A DNA stretch of 64,000 nt from Spirosoma sp. (GTDB taxonomy: Bacteria > Bacteroidota > Bacteroidia > Cytophagales > Spirosomataceae), in NCBI RefSeq assembly GCF_026391055.1, contig NZ_JAPLET010000022.1:647648-711647 (forward strand), read 5' to 3'. Below are positions 44,387 through 53,513 of the stretch, in pieces. Both the position numbers and the translations under genes were made by a program. How positions within the stretch are numbered: the stretch's first letter is position 1; every line of letters starts with the position of its first letter. The notes under the pieces are model-generated. The model saw only the letters and a program-made list of their open reading frames with translations, made no database searches and was not told the DNA's origin.

Positions 44387-44681
44387 TAAAACCAGTACGT
44401 ATGCTAAGTAAACTAGTTGACAGGTAGTAAAACAAGCCGTCCAATTAAACGCCCCATTTATGAAGCAGTTGAAAAGAGAGCGCTTATAGCTCTTTAAGTA
44501 ACCACAGAAGTATCTTTATATGCCTTGTCAATCTATGAAGCTGAATTGAAAAATGGGATTCGAAGGTCCGCGCATAAACGGGGTCTTTCGGGTAATGCAA
44601 CCTATTTACACCGGTGTAGCTAAGTCAAATATTTCGCGTCAGGAGCGTTTTGTGGCATATTAATTATTTACTTATCTTCTA

Positions 44682-45272
44682 CTAGGATTTAAAGAGTACT
44701 CGGATAATTAGGCCCTTACGTTCATTCATCAACTCCTTAAACGCTGATTCTGAAAGGCCAAAGAACTGACCATAAAGCGGGGCCATGATCAGGGGATAAG
44801 AGAGAAGCGAAAACAGATTCATAAGAAAATGAATCGGGTTCATCGGCTCCAGGGTTCCATTCACCATCTCCTGTTCTATTTCGGCCATAAACGACTTGAC
44901 AGGGTCTATCTGTATATGCTCGATCAGTTGATGCCCTACGGTATTGAGCTGAGTAACCATAAAGGTTTCCTGGTAGGGGTAAGTGCCCATGTCGATTAGA
45001 AAAACCTCGATCAGTTCCTGGATTTTCTCCCGGAACGGTTGGGGCGATTTCATGGCGGTGGCCAACCGTTGGCTTAGCGCCTGCATGGCTTCCTGAAAAA
45101 CCGTGTCAATTAACTGGTCTCGCGACCGGAAGTAGTAATGCAGGGCCGCCCGGTTAACACCTGCCGCATCGGCTATATCCTGCGTGGTGGCATGTAGTCT
45201 GCCTTCGGCAAATAGAATCCGCTTCGCCGTTTCTTTAATCAGTTGTTCAGTTCCAGTGTCTTTTGATGGCAT
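44682..45272 (-). CDS. TetR/AcrR-family transcriptional regulator
   Basis: 196-aa ORF. HTH 'ATTQDIADAAGVNRAALHYYFRSRDQL'. Confidence 0.9.
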   Translation of the reverse strand: MPSKDTGTEQLIKETAKRILFAEGRLHATTQDIADAAGVNRAALHYYFRSRDQLIDTVFQEAMQALSQRLATAMKSPQPFREKIQELIEVFLIDMGTYPYQETFMVTQLNTVGHQLIEHIQIDPVKSFMAEIEQEMVNGTLEPMNPIHFLMNLFSLLSYPLIMAPLYGQFFGLSESAFKELMNERKGLIIRVLFKS

Positions 45273-45299
45273 GTGCGTAAGGGTAAACCATTCATTTAT

Positions 45300-46889
45300 T
45301 CAGGCGACGCGAATCCGGCTGTCAATCCCTACTTGCTGGATAAAATAGGAATCGTGCGAGATCACCAGTAATGTACCGTTGAAATTCTTCACGGATGCTG
45401 TAAACACATCTAGGCTTTGTCCATCAAGGTTATTAGTCGGTTCATCCAATATCAGCATATCGGGTGTGTGATTGCTGACCGATAGACAGCATAAAGCCAG
45501 CTTCATTTTTTCACCCCCACTTAATCCACTACATTTCCGGTCGAACAAATCTCGCCCGAACTTTGAATAAATAAGCAATGATTTTACCTCGTGTTCAGGT
45601 AAGTGGCGGCTATTAAAGTGCTCCACTTGTTCATAAACCGTTCGGTTGGGATCGATCAGGGTATAGTCCTGGTCAAGATACAGGTAAGTGAACGAAGCTC
45701 GCTGAATTGTGCCCTGTACTGGCTCCAGCTTACCAGTTAGAAGGCGCAACAGGGTTGTTTTACCTGCCCCATTATCGCCCTCAATTCGGATACGGTCGCC
45801 CGAGCGGATCTGAAATGTCAGCGGCTTCCACAAGGGAGTGTTGCCGTACCCAAAACTAAGTTGCTCGGCATCGATCAGCATCTTTCCGCGGTGGAGGGTA
45901 GAAGCGCCAATATCGATTTTCAGTACGTGATAGGACTGAATCTGCGACCGAATCTGCCGGATATTTTCAGCGATTCCAGCTACTTTTTCACTATGAGTGT
46001 TTAACAGGTTAGCGGTGCTTTGCTCAGCTTTACTTTTCCGTCCACCGGCAATGATGCGCGGCAGCGATTGGCTCTGGCCGACTACCCTGCCGTTGGCTTC
46101 CTTTTTTTGACGCTGTTCGACCATATCCCGCGCTTTTTGCTGACTTTGTTTCAAGGTTTTAGACTGCTCATCCAGTTGGGCTTGCAAAGCCCCAACCTGG
46201 CCATTTTTCTGTTCGCGGTAAAAATCAAAATTCCCACCGAATACGGTTAGGCCACGCTCACTAAGTTCTAGGGTTGTCGTCAATAAATTGAGCAACGTGC
46301 GGTCATGACTGACAACCAGCAACGTTGCTGTACTCGACTTGATAACCTCATATAATTGCTCCCGGCTACCCACATCCAAATGATTGGATGGTTCGTCGAG
46401 TAAGATGATCCCCGGCTTGTGAAGGGATATGCCTGCCAGAAATACCTTCGTTTTTTGCCCACCACTCAGTTCGTCTAACCGCTGATCAACCGTTATGTGC
46501 GCCAAATCCCAGTTCGAAAGGGCAGTAGACACAGCCTCTTCGATCTCCCAGTCATCGGCCAGGTCCGTAAAAAACTGTGGGTCAGTTTCGCCGGACAGGA
46601 TAGCCCGGATACTGCGCAGCTTTTGGTCAACGCCCAGCACCTGGGCAACCGTCAAGCTGTCGTATTGGCCCAGGTGCTGGGGTACAAACCAGGGCTTTTC
46701 GGTCGCCATGATTTGACCCGCTGATGGAAGCAATTTTCCGGCAAGGAGCTGCAAAAGAGTTGATTTCCCTGTTCCGTTGTTGCCTACCAGCGCGGCTTTC
46801 TCACCGGAGTTTAGGGTAAGGTTTAACCCCTCAAACAGCAACGTCTTATCGGGATGTCTATAGGTTAGCAACCTGGTCGTCAAACTCAT
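45300..46889 (-). CDS. ABC-F family ATPase (two ABC domains, no TMD)
   Basis: 529-aa ORF. Walker A 'GNNGTGKST' and 'GDNGAGKTT'; signatures 'LSGGQKTK' and 'LSGGEKMK'. Charged inter-domain linker of about 90 aa. Confidence 0.92.
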   Translation of the reverse strand: MSLTTRLLTYRHPDKTLLFEGLNLTLNSGEKAALVGNNGTGKSTLLQLLAGKLLPSAGQIMATEKPWFVPQHLGQYDSLTVAQVLGVDQKLRSIRAILSGETDPQFFTDLADDWEIEEAVSTALSNWDLAHITVDQRLDELSGGQKTKVFLAGISLHKPGIILLDEPSNHLDVGSREQLYEVIKSSTATLLVVSHDRTLLNLLTTTLELSERGLTVFGGNFDFYREQKNGQVGALQAQLDEQSKTLKQSQQKARDMVEQRQKKEANGRVVGQSQSLPRIIAGGRKSKAEQSTANLLNTHSEKVAGIAENIRQIRSQIQSYHVLKIDIGASTLHRGKMLIDAEQLSFGYGNTPLWKPLTFQIRSGDRIRIEGDNGAGKTTLLRLLTGKLEPVQGTIQRASFTYLYLDQDYTLIDPNRTVYEQVEHFNSRHLPEHEVKSLLIYSKFGRDLFDRKCSGLSGGEKMKLALCCLSVSNHTPDMLILDEPTNNLDGQSLDVFTASVKNFNGTLLVISHDSYFIQQVGIDSRIRVA

Positions 46890-46948
46890 GTAAATCGGCG
46901 TAAAGGCTTGTAAATGGCACTAACATCCATCAGTTTGATGAACGGAAG

Positions 46949-46991
46949 CGCAAACCTAACAAATTTGTTTAACAAATTTGTTAGGTTTGCG
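46949..46991. promoter_or_regulatory. 43-bp perfect palindrome (candidate TetR operator and/or terminator)
   Basis: CGCAAACCTAACAAATTTGTT-t-AACAAATTTGTTAGGTTTGCG. It contains two copies of the 12-bp palindrome AACAAATTTGTT and lies 60 nt upstream of the ABC-F start. Confidence 0.5.
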
Positions 46992-47202
46992 TAATAGAAC
47001 TCAGCTTAAAACCTTGTTGCGCCAATATTCAAGCCTACTATACTCCAGCTCATAAGAGGGAGAATTAGCATTCCTGCTTGTTTCAAGCATATATGAGAAG
47101 AGGGCTACTCTGGCGATACTCCGGAAGTCTAGAAGAGCTGGCTTGAAATCGCACCGCTTTTTGGCCCACTACTTTCCAGTCCTAAGGTCGCACGACGGTT
47201 GT

Positions 47203-47619
47203 TTAGGCCAGGGCCTTTTCGCGGGCGAGCCGTTGGTACTTTTCAACGGCTGCATCTTTCCCAAGCTGTAGTTCTTCTAGTAAGCCTGGGTCGACGACGG
47301 CGGGGCCATGCTTAGTGCCCCACAGAATGAGCTCTATAATAATGGGGACTGTTTCAACACCTTTTTCTGTCAAGCGGTAGGTGAACTTCGACTTCTTATC
47401 GGAGGCCACTGCCTTGGTTAAGATACCTTGCGACTCCAGGACTGCCAGGCGGTCGGCCAGAACGTTGGTCGCCATTTTCTCCGCTGACTGCAGGAATTGG
47501 CCATAAGTAGACTTACCCGCAAACACCATATCCCGCAGAATGAGCAGGGTCCATTTGTCCCCCAACACATCGAGCGACGTGCTGATAGGGCAAGTAGAAC
47601 GCTGTTTTAGCGCTTTCAT
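47203..47619 (-). CDS. HxlR-family (MarR-like wHTH) transcriptional regulator
   Basis: 138 aa counted from MKALKQRST. 'CPISTSLDVLGDKWTLLILRDM'. The ORF-track start at 47700 would overlap the divergent promoter. Confidence 0.88.
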   Translation of the reverse strand: MKALKQRSTCPISTSLDVLGDKWTLLILRDMVFAGKSTYGQFLQSAEKMATNVLADRLAVLESQGILTKAVASDKKSKFTYRLTEKGVETVPIIIELILWGTKHGPAVVDPGLLEELQLGKDAAVEKYQRLAREKALA

Positions 47620-47637
47620 AAAAAACGATTTATCTTT

Positions 47638-47690
47638 TACTTGCTTTTTGCAAGTATTACGCCCTATCTTTACACTTGTAATTTGCAAGT
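47638..47690. promoter_or_regulatory. Two ACTTG-N7-CAAGT inverted repeats in the hxlR/nmrA-like divergent promoter (candidate HxlR operators)
   Basis: TACTTGCtttttGCAAGTA (47638-47656) and ACTTGtaatttgCAAGT (47674-47690). Identical half-sites and spacing, 35 bp apart. Confidence 0.5.
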
Positions 47691-47720
47691 AAATATACAC
47701 GAATTTTATTTCTTTCTATC

Positions 47721-48584
47721 ATGATTCTAGTGACTGGAGCCACCGGTGGATTAGGCCGCCAAACCATCGACTTTTTACTCACAACCACCCCAGCCGCAGA
47801 AATCGTCGCACTGGTGCGCGACCTCAGCAAAGCCACGGACCTCGTCAGGCGGGGCGTGGATGTCCGGCAAGCCGACTACTTTGACTACCCCGCCCTTGTA
47901 CAAGCCTTTCGAGGCATTGATAAGGTGCTGCTGGTTTCAGCCGTGGCCTTTACCGACCGGCTGCGCCAGCACCAAAATGTCATCGATGCCGCTAAGGAAG
48001 CCGGGGTGAAGCACCTTTTTTACACCAGCATCCAGCGCAGCACACATTTTGTCATGCCGGAGGTCACGGAAAGCGACCTGGCCACTGAAGCCTACCTCAA
48101 AGCCTCCGGGCTGATCTACACCATTCTCAAAAACGGCTACTATTTTGAAGGCCTTGGCTACCTGATTGGAAGCGAGGTGCCGGACACCGAACTACTTTTC
48201 CCGGCGGGAGAAGGCAAGATCGCTTTCGTTAAGCGAACCGAATTGGCAGCCGCTACGGCCGCCCTGTTAACCAGCGCAGGGCATGACAACCAGGAGTATA
48301 CACTGTCGGGGAGCGAAGCCTATTCGTTTCACGATATCGCCCGGGAACTCTCCGCGTTAGCGGGCCGACCTATCGTTTACAAAAGTAGCGAGCTGGCGCC
48401 CTACATCGCCCAGAAAGTAGCTGCAGGCTTCCCCGAAGTCGTCGCCAACTTCTTTGCTCAGTGGGGTGCTGCCGCCAAACACGGCATGCTGGCCGGGACA
48501 CACGATACCGTCGAGCGTATGCTGGGCCACAAGCCAACTTCACTTCGGGAGTACCTGAAAACGACTTATTTCCCGGGTGCCTAA
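47721..48584 (+). CDS. NmrA-like / atypical SDR NAD(P)H-binding oxidoreductase
   Basis: 287-aa ORF. 'ILVTGATGGLGRQ' Rossmann motif. Divergent from an HxlR regulator, which is a common pairing. Confidence 0.85.
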   Translation: MILVTGATGGLGRQTIDFLLTTTPAAEIVALVRDLSKATDLVRRGVDVRQADYFDYPALVQAFRGIDKVLLVSAVAFTDRLRQHQNVIDAAKEAGVKHLFYTSIQRSTHFVMPEVTESDLATEAYLKASGLIYTILKNGYYFEGLGYLIGSEVPDTELLFPAGEGKIAFVKRTELAAATAALLTSAGHDNQEYTLSGSEAYSFHDIARELSALAGRPIVYKSSELAPYIAQKVAAGFPEVVANFFAQWGAAAKHGMLAGTHDTVERMLGHKPTSLREYLKTTYFPGA

Positions 48585-48817
48585 CAGCTTTTAGGGGCAG
48601 TCAATTCTCCCCGCATTAATTCATACAGGCTAGGCAGGTGACTTTGCACAGAAGCTCACTCGCCCGGCCTGGCCATCCCCCAAGACCCCTATCATGCCCC
48701 CGGCGCGGCCCTGTCGGCTAGGCGCTGGCAGCGAAGATTGAGCAAGCAGGTAACCCCAACTTAATCAGAAGACGATAAGCTCCAAAAGGTTAATTGATTA
48801 ACAGGCGTACAGTTACC

Positions 48818-49684
48818 TTAACTCCTTGTAATAGCATCAATAGAGGTAAAACCGGTAGCGAGTGTAACGGCTTTCCAGTTTTCCATATCCTGCTGGACGG
48901 CCTGTATCTTACTATTCGCCAGATCATAAGCGTCCTGACCTAGCAACAAGTGCAGGGGCGGGTTTGAGGTGTTAGCCACACCAATGATAGCAGCTACCGC
49001 TTTTTTGGGATCACCAGGTTGATTTCCCCTGATGTGTTCCCGATGGAGCGCTTCGGATTCCCGCACCAACTCGTATTCGGACAACTGTTCTTGAGCGACC
49101 CGCATTGACCCCGATGATAGGAATTCTGTTCGAAAATATCCCGGCTCAACGATCGTTACCTTCACTCCGAAGGGGGCCACCTCGGCCGCTAGCGACTCGG
49201 ACAAACCTTCAACAGCAAATTTAGTGGCGCAATAAATACCCCAGCCGGGAAAACTGCCTGTAATACCGGCAATCGAGGAGACGTTTATGATATGCCCCGA
49301 CTGCTGTTGCCGCAAGTGAGGCATAACCTGTCGGATTACATTCAGCATCCCAAACACATTGACCTCAAAATTGCTCCGAGCTTCGTCATTGGTCACCTCT
49401 TCCAGACTACCTAACTGACCATAACCTGCGTTATTGACCACCACATCAATCTGGCCAAACTGCTTGACGGTGGCGTTGATGGCTTTGCTAACGCTGGCTT
49501 CGGCAGCTAACTCGACGGTTAATGGTAAAAAATCAGTCGAGTGGTGGCCAACGGCTTGCTTTAATTCGTCAATACTGCGGGAAGTTGCTGCCACCGCATG
49601 ACCCGCCTGAAGGAGTTGATTGACTAATTCAAGACCTAAGCCTTTAGAAGCTCCCGTAACCAACCATACTTTTTTGTTTTCCAT
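48818..49684 (-). CDS. Short-chain dehydrogenase/reductase (classical SDR)
   Basis: About 288 aa counted from MENKKVWLVTGASKGLG. 'NNAG', catalytic 'YCATKFAVEG'. Confidence 0.88.
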   Translation of the reverse strand: MENKKVWLVTGASKGLGLELVNQLLQAGHAVAATSRSIDELKQAVGHHSTDFLPLTVELAAEASVSKAINATVKQFGQIDVVVNNAGYGQLGSLEEVTNDEARSNFEVNVFGMLNVIRQVMPHLRQQQSGHIINVSSIAGITGSFPGWGIYCATKFAVEGLSESLAAEVAPFGVKVTIVEPGYFRTEFLSSGSMRVAQEQLSEYELVRESEALHREHIRGNQPGDPKKAVAAIIGVANTSNPPLHLLLGQDAYDLANSKIQAVQQDMENWKAVTLATGFTSIDAITRS

Positions 49685-49767
49685 TTTGTTTTCGTGTTTA
49701 ACGGCCACAAAGGTCGGTTAGCAGGACTTGTAACGGCTTTCGCGATTCAAACCGTTACTTACCAAAT

Positions 49768-50670
49768 TCAAACAGTGCGAAAGGCTGATGGAGTCAGAAG
49801 GGTATGCTTTTTGAAGAAGTAGGAAAAATGGGCCGGTTCGTCGAAGCCTAAGCAGTAGCTAATTTCGGCGATGTTCCAGTCGGTATGTTTCAATAAAGCC
49901 GTGGCTTCGCCGATGAGCCGCTCGGCGATGTGTGTTGTCGTCGTTCGGCCTGTCGTATCGCGCACAGAGCGGTTCAGGTGATTGACATGGACCGATAATT
50001 GCCGGGCAAAATCACTGGCAGACCTTAACCGGAACCGCTGACCCGGCAACTCAATGGGGAACTGCCGTTCAAGCAATTCGATAAAGGCAGCCGTCGTGCG
50101 GGACTTGGCATTAGGGTGTTGATAGAGGTTGTGAGAGGGTTCAAACTTCAGGGCGGTATGAATCAATTCGGTTAGATAGCTGTGGAGCAGATCATATTTG
50201 TAGATATAGTCTGAGTTTACCTCGCTTAGCATTTTCTCAAAAAGCTTGCTTATTATATCATCCTGTGCCTTGTCAAGCAGATAAGCAGGCCTGCCCCCAA
50301 GACGGAACATAGGCAATTCATGCAGGTTTCCCCGCATATGTTCGGCCATAAAAGCATCTCGAAAAATACAGAAGAACCCGGTTTGATTATCCGAACGAGG
50401 CTCCCAATTATAAGGCACTTGCGGATTAAAAAATAGCAGTGCGGCTCCGTTAACCCGGATACTTTTATCTGCGTAATGATAGAGGTTGTCGCCCCGGATG
50501 AGTGAGACTTTATAATAATCACGGCGGCTGTACTGGATTGGAGCGGTTCCCTGATCCAGACAGTCTTCCAAGCGGAAGACGTTTATATGAGTAGCTTCGT
50601 TGTGCTGACCACTCGGTTGTTGATTGAATTTTATTCGATAAAAGTCGGCTATTGTTTCAACAGGTCTCAT
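49768..50670 (-). CDS. AraC-family transcriptional regulator
   Basis: 300-aa ORF. C-terminal double HTH '...WNIAEISYCLGFDEPAHFSYFFKKHT'. Confidence 0.88.
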   Translation of the reverse strand: MRPVETIADFYRIKFNQQPSGQHNEATHINVFRLEDCLDQGTAPIQYSRRDYYKVSLIRGDNLYHYADKSIRVNGAALLFFNPQVPYNWEPRSDNQTGFFCIFRDAFMAEHMRGNLHELPMFRLGGRPAYLLDKAQDDIISKLFEKMLSEVNSDYIYKYDLLHSYLTELIHTALKFEPSHNLYQHPNAKSRTTAAFIELLERQFPIELPGQRFRLRSASDFARQLSVHVNHLNRSVRDTTGRTTTTHIAERLIGEATALLKHTDWNIAEISYCLGFDEPAHFSYFFKKHTLLTPSAFRTV

Positions 50671-50983
50671 TCAACAAACTTACATGAATCAACCAAAACT
50701 TCCTTATTTACTTTCCAGAGTAAATGATGCGCTCGCGAAGTGGCTTTACTAGGGCTTCAGCGCCTTACTGTACAAGTAATTTCGGGCAACTATTTTCGGA
50801 TGCCGTTGGACCGTATGCGACTTACTGGAGTTAACAGCTGTTAAACATAATCGTCCCATAAATGCCCCATTTAAGAAGCACTAGCATGATGCTCCCATCG
50901 TCTCAAGTGCGAGGTTTTTTGCGCGACACTGACTTTTTTATATCTGTACAATGCAGTTAGTAACATACGCCAGGGTTCAATTA

Positions 50984-51457
50984 CTAGTTGAGTGATCTTC
51001 TGATTGAAGGTAGAAAAAGGAGTCTCAAAATCATCAAGCCCATTAGCGCGTCAAGTACTTGGTAAAGAGTACGAAAACCTACCAGCCAGATTAACCCTAA
51101 CGTCCACAACAAGAGCAGAGTTGCTAAACCGACTGTAGCCAGCCAGGCCCAGTGATAGTCCTTATCACCGAAAATCATCTCCGCTAACGGCCATCGCAGA
51201 CGAGTCAGCATGGCATAACTTAAGAAAATGGGTGCAAAGCCAAAGAAGATAAAAATATAAAGACCAGGTAAAAAAAAATCGCCTATCCATTGATTGAATA
51301 GAATGGGAGAAACCGCTAGCCAGTGACCCGAGGGCTCTGCCATCAGATGCCAGCCGCCCTGAAAGCCACCTACAGAAAGCAGACCTAAAAGAGCCAGTAA
51401 CCCATAAAATGATCGGGATCTTTTCGCTATCGGGGATGCTTGTGTCTTACTACTCAC
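50984..51457 (-). CDS. Four-TM membrane protein (hypothetical)
   Basis: 157-aa ORF with four hydrophobic helices. Confidence 0.5.
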   Translation of the reverse strand: MSSKTQASPIAKRSRSFYGLLALLGLLSVGGFQGGWHLMAEPSGHWLAVSPILFNQWIGDFFLPGLYIFIFFGFAPIFLSYAMLTRLRWPLAEMIFGDKDYHWAWLATVGLATLLLLWTLGLIWLVGFRTLYQVLDALMGLMILRLLFLPSIRRSLN

Positions 51458-51551
51458 TGGAAAAACGTCTTATGAAAGTCTTTAAAGCTACTAGTGAAAA
51501 CCGGCCAAGTGTATGACAGTAATCGTGAGTAGCTTGTATGATTTATAATCT

Positions 51552-51685
51552 CAGTGGCTGTTGCAGAAGCCTGAAAGGGATGTGATATCCCTAGCCTAGT
51601 TGCCAACTCTACGCCATTTGTAAGACAACAATTGCTTACCTGGCAGCTGGCTTCGTAGGCCTGTTGGCTTATGCAACACCTATAT
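51552..51685. repeat. 134-bp TIR repeat element, copy 1 (right end degenerate)
   Basis: Starts CAGTGGCTGTTGCAGAAGCCTGAAAGGG. The interior aligns with copy 2 (e.g. CCATTTGTAAGACAACAATTGCTTACCTGGCAG vs CCATTTACAAGGTAAAACCAGCTTACTTGGCAG). Confidence 0.72.
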
Positions 51686-51697
51686 ATATGTGTTAAG

Positions 51698-51910
51698 CTA
51701 AATCTTGTGTCTGAGCCAATCGGTAAAGCTTCCAGGACGACGATCAAGCCAACTGTACCAGAAAGCTAACCCAGAGTTAATCAATAATCCTGTCAGAGCA
51801 ATACAGAACTTGCCTCTGAAATTAGTAGCTCCCCAGAAAACGATACCGGTTATCGGAATGACTAACGTCATTACGACCGTGATTAGCCATTTAGTTAGTG
51901 AAGTAAGCAT
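51698..51910 (-). CDS. Two-TM micro-protein (hypothetical)
   Basis: 70-aa ORF with two hydrophobic helices, flanked on both sides by copies or fragments of the 134-bp repeat. Confidence 0.4.
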   Translation of the reverse strand: MLTSLTKWLITVVMTLVIPITGIVFWGATNFRGKFCIALTGLLINSGLAFWYSWLDRRPGSFTDWLRHKI

Positions 51911-52932
51911 TGCTTAGTGTTGTATGATCGATTGTTAGGTTGACCTGACTTCTGCAAAGCCGCTATTGGGTGGCCTACACAGGCTTACGTTGAAAAATAA
52001 GCGATTGTATTTCCAAATAAGCAAAAATCAGCTTATACAGACAAATAACTCGTTGGCGGCCTAGTTTTATCTATATGTTTCACTCAAAGTAGTCCTAGAT
52101 GCACTTACTTAAAACGCAGCCATAGGCCTGAATACAGAGCACAAAGGAAGCCTGATGACTCCTAGGCTGTCTGGCTTTTAATTTCTCTTCAGACAGAGTT
52201 GTGTAGCAGCCACAAGCCTTTTAGAAGACAATTATTTAATATTTGTCAACGACACCCCCTAGCCTACGAACAGGTTTGCCGGTATAGCAGGACATCCTCC
52301 GGCTTCGTATCACCAAGTTTACCTGACACATATTGCGCAAATTGAGGATAATATTACGTGAATTACGCAGCACTCTTTTTTCGTAGTTCGTACCTTTGAG
52401 TAGACGCTTATACTACTTTTCAAGGATTACATTAACCTTTAACTAGCTATTCGGGTAGACTCTGCTTGTTATAAACGTTCACACCTTTCTGAAAGGATAG
52501 TCAGTGATCCTATACCCGTAAACTATGTCCTCAACCTATCGCGATTTACTTTGGTATTAGTGCGGTTGAGTATGCCGATCTATGGTGGATACGGCCTATC
52601 CCCTAGCCTAAACCGACGACGCGACAAGGAAACAAGGTACTGAAAGTCATCACCAATGGGTAGATGCGGCCAAGTTCCAGGGTCGCCTTTCGGGTAAATT
52701 TATGCGGGAAAGGACCAACCCAAAACGTAGCCAAAGCAAGTATTAACTACTCATAAATGGTACAAATTGTCATAAAAGACAAAACATCAGCGTTTAAAGA
52801 ATACATCGGTATTAATATTCGGGCGATCAATTAAGCGAGGACGAAGGCATTCACGCTTCAAAAGTTTTGCTGAAACGAGTAGGACAGACTGTTTAATTTT
52901 CAAGTAATTCGATTTCTAAATCTTTTAATTCT

Positions 52933-53472
52933 ATGCAACGACGTTATGCTCTGAAAGGCTTGGCAATGAGCCTTGGCGGCTTAGTTAGCTTACCTGCCTG
53001 GGCTTCCGGCTGGACAGGCAACTCTTTAGGAAGCGTTTCTCTGGTATCATTTGACGAGCAAACCCTGTTAGGTGAGATCGTAGAAACATTTATTCCAGAG
53101 ACAAACACACCCGGTGCTAAATCGCTCAACGTGCATCAGTTTGCCTTACGAATGATTAAAGACTGTTTCGGCGAAGCTGCTCAAACTACCTTAAAGCACG
53201 GCCTTGATTTAACGGAAACTACCGCTCAGCAAACTTACACCAAAGCATTTGCCGACTGCGACGCCCCCAAACGAAGGGACATTCTGTTGAAACTGGCAGC
53301 ATCGACCGATCCGGCTGGCAAAGCTTTCATCGATATGATCAAACGGCTTACTATTCAGGGCTATACAAATTCTGAATACTACCTGGTGAATGTCCAGAAA
53401 TTTAATATGGCTCCTGGCTTTTATCACGGCTGCGTCCCAGTACCAAAGTTGGCTGTAAGCGGAACTAAGTAA
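52933..53472 (+). CDS. Tat-signal small subunit of a GMC oxidoreductase (gluconate 2-dehydrogenase subunit 3 family)
   Basis: 179-aa ORF. Twin-arginine leader 'MQRRYALKGLAMSLGGLVSLPAWA'. Sits immediately upstream of the GMC flavoprotein gene. Confidence 0.78.
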   Translation: MQRRYALKGLAMSLGGLVSLPAWASGWTGNSLGSVSLVSFDEQTLLGEIVETFIPETNTPGAKSLNVHQFALRMIKDCFGEAAQTTLKHGLDLTETTAQQTYTKAFADCDAPKRRDILLKLAASTDPAGKAFIDMIKRLTIQGYTNSEYYLVNVQKFNMAPGFYHGCVPVPKLAVSGTK

Positions 53473-53513
53473 TCCAGTTGACTCTATTTATTTACCCTTT
53501 ATCTCGAAAATCG

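Noticed and set aside
44554-44568. tRNA-like T-arm (GGGATTCGAAGGTCC)
   Set aside because: No acceptor, D or anticodon arms can be built from the flanking sequence.
51454-51747. 97-aa ORF between two membrane-protein genes
   Set aside because: It is largely the translation of 134-bp repeat copy 1 and overlaps both neighbouring genes.
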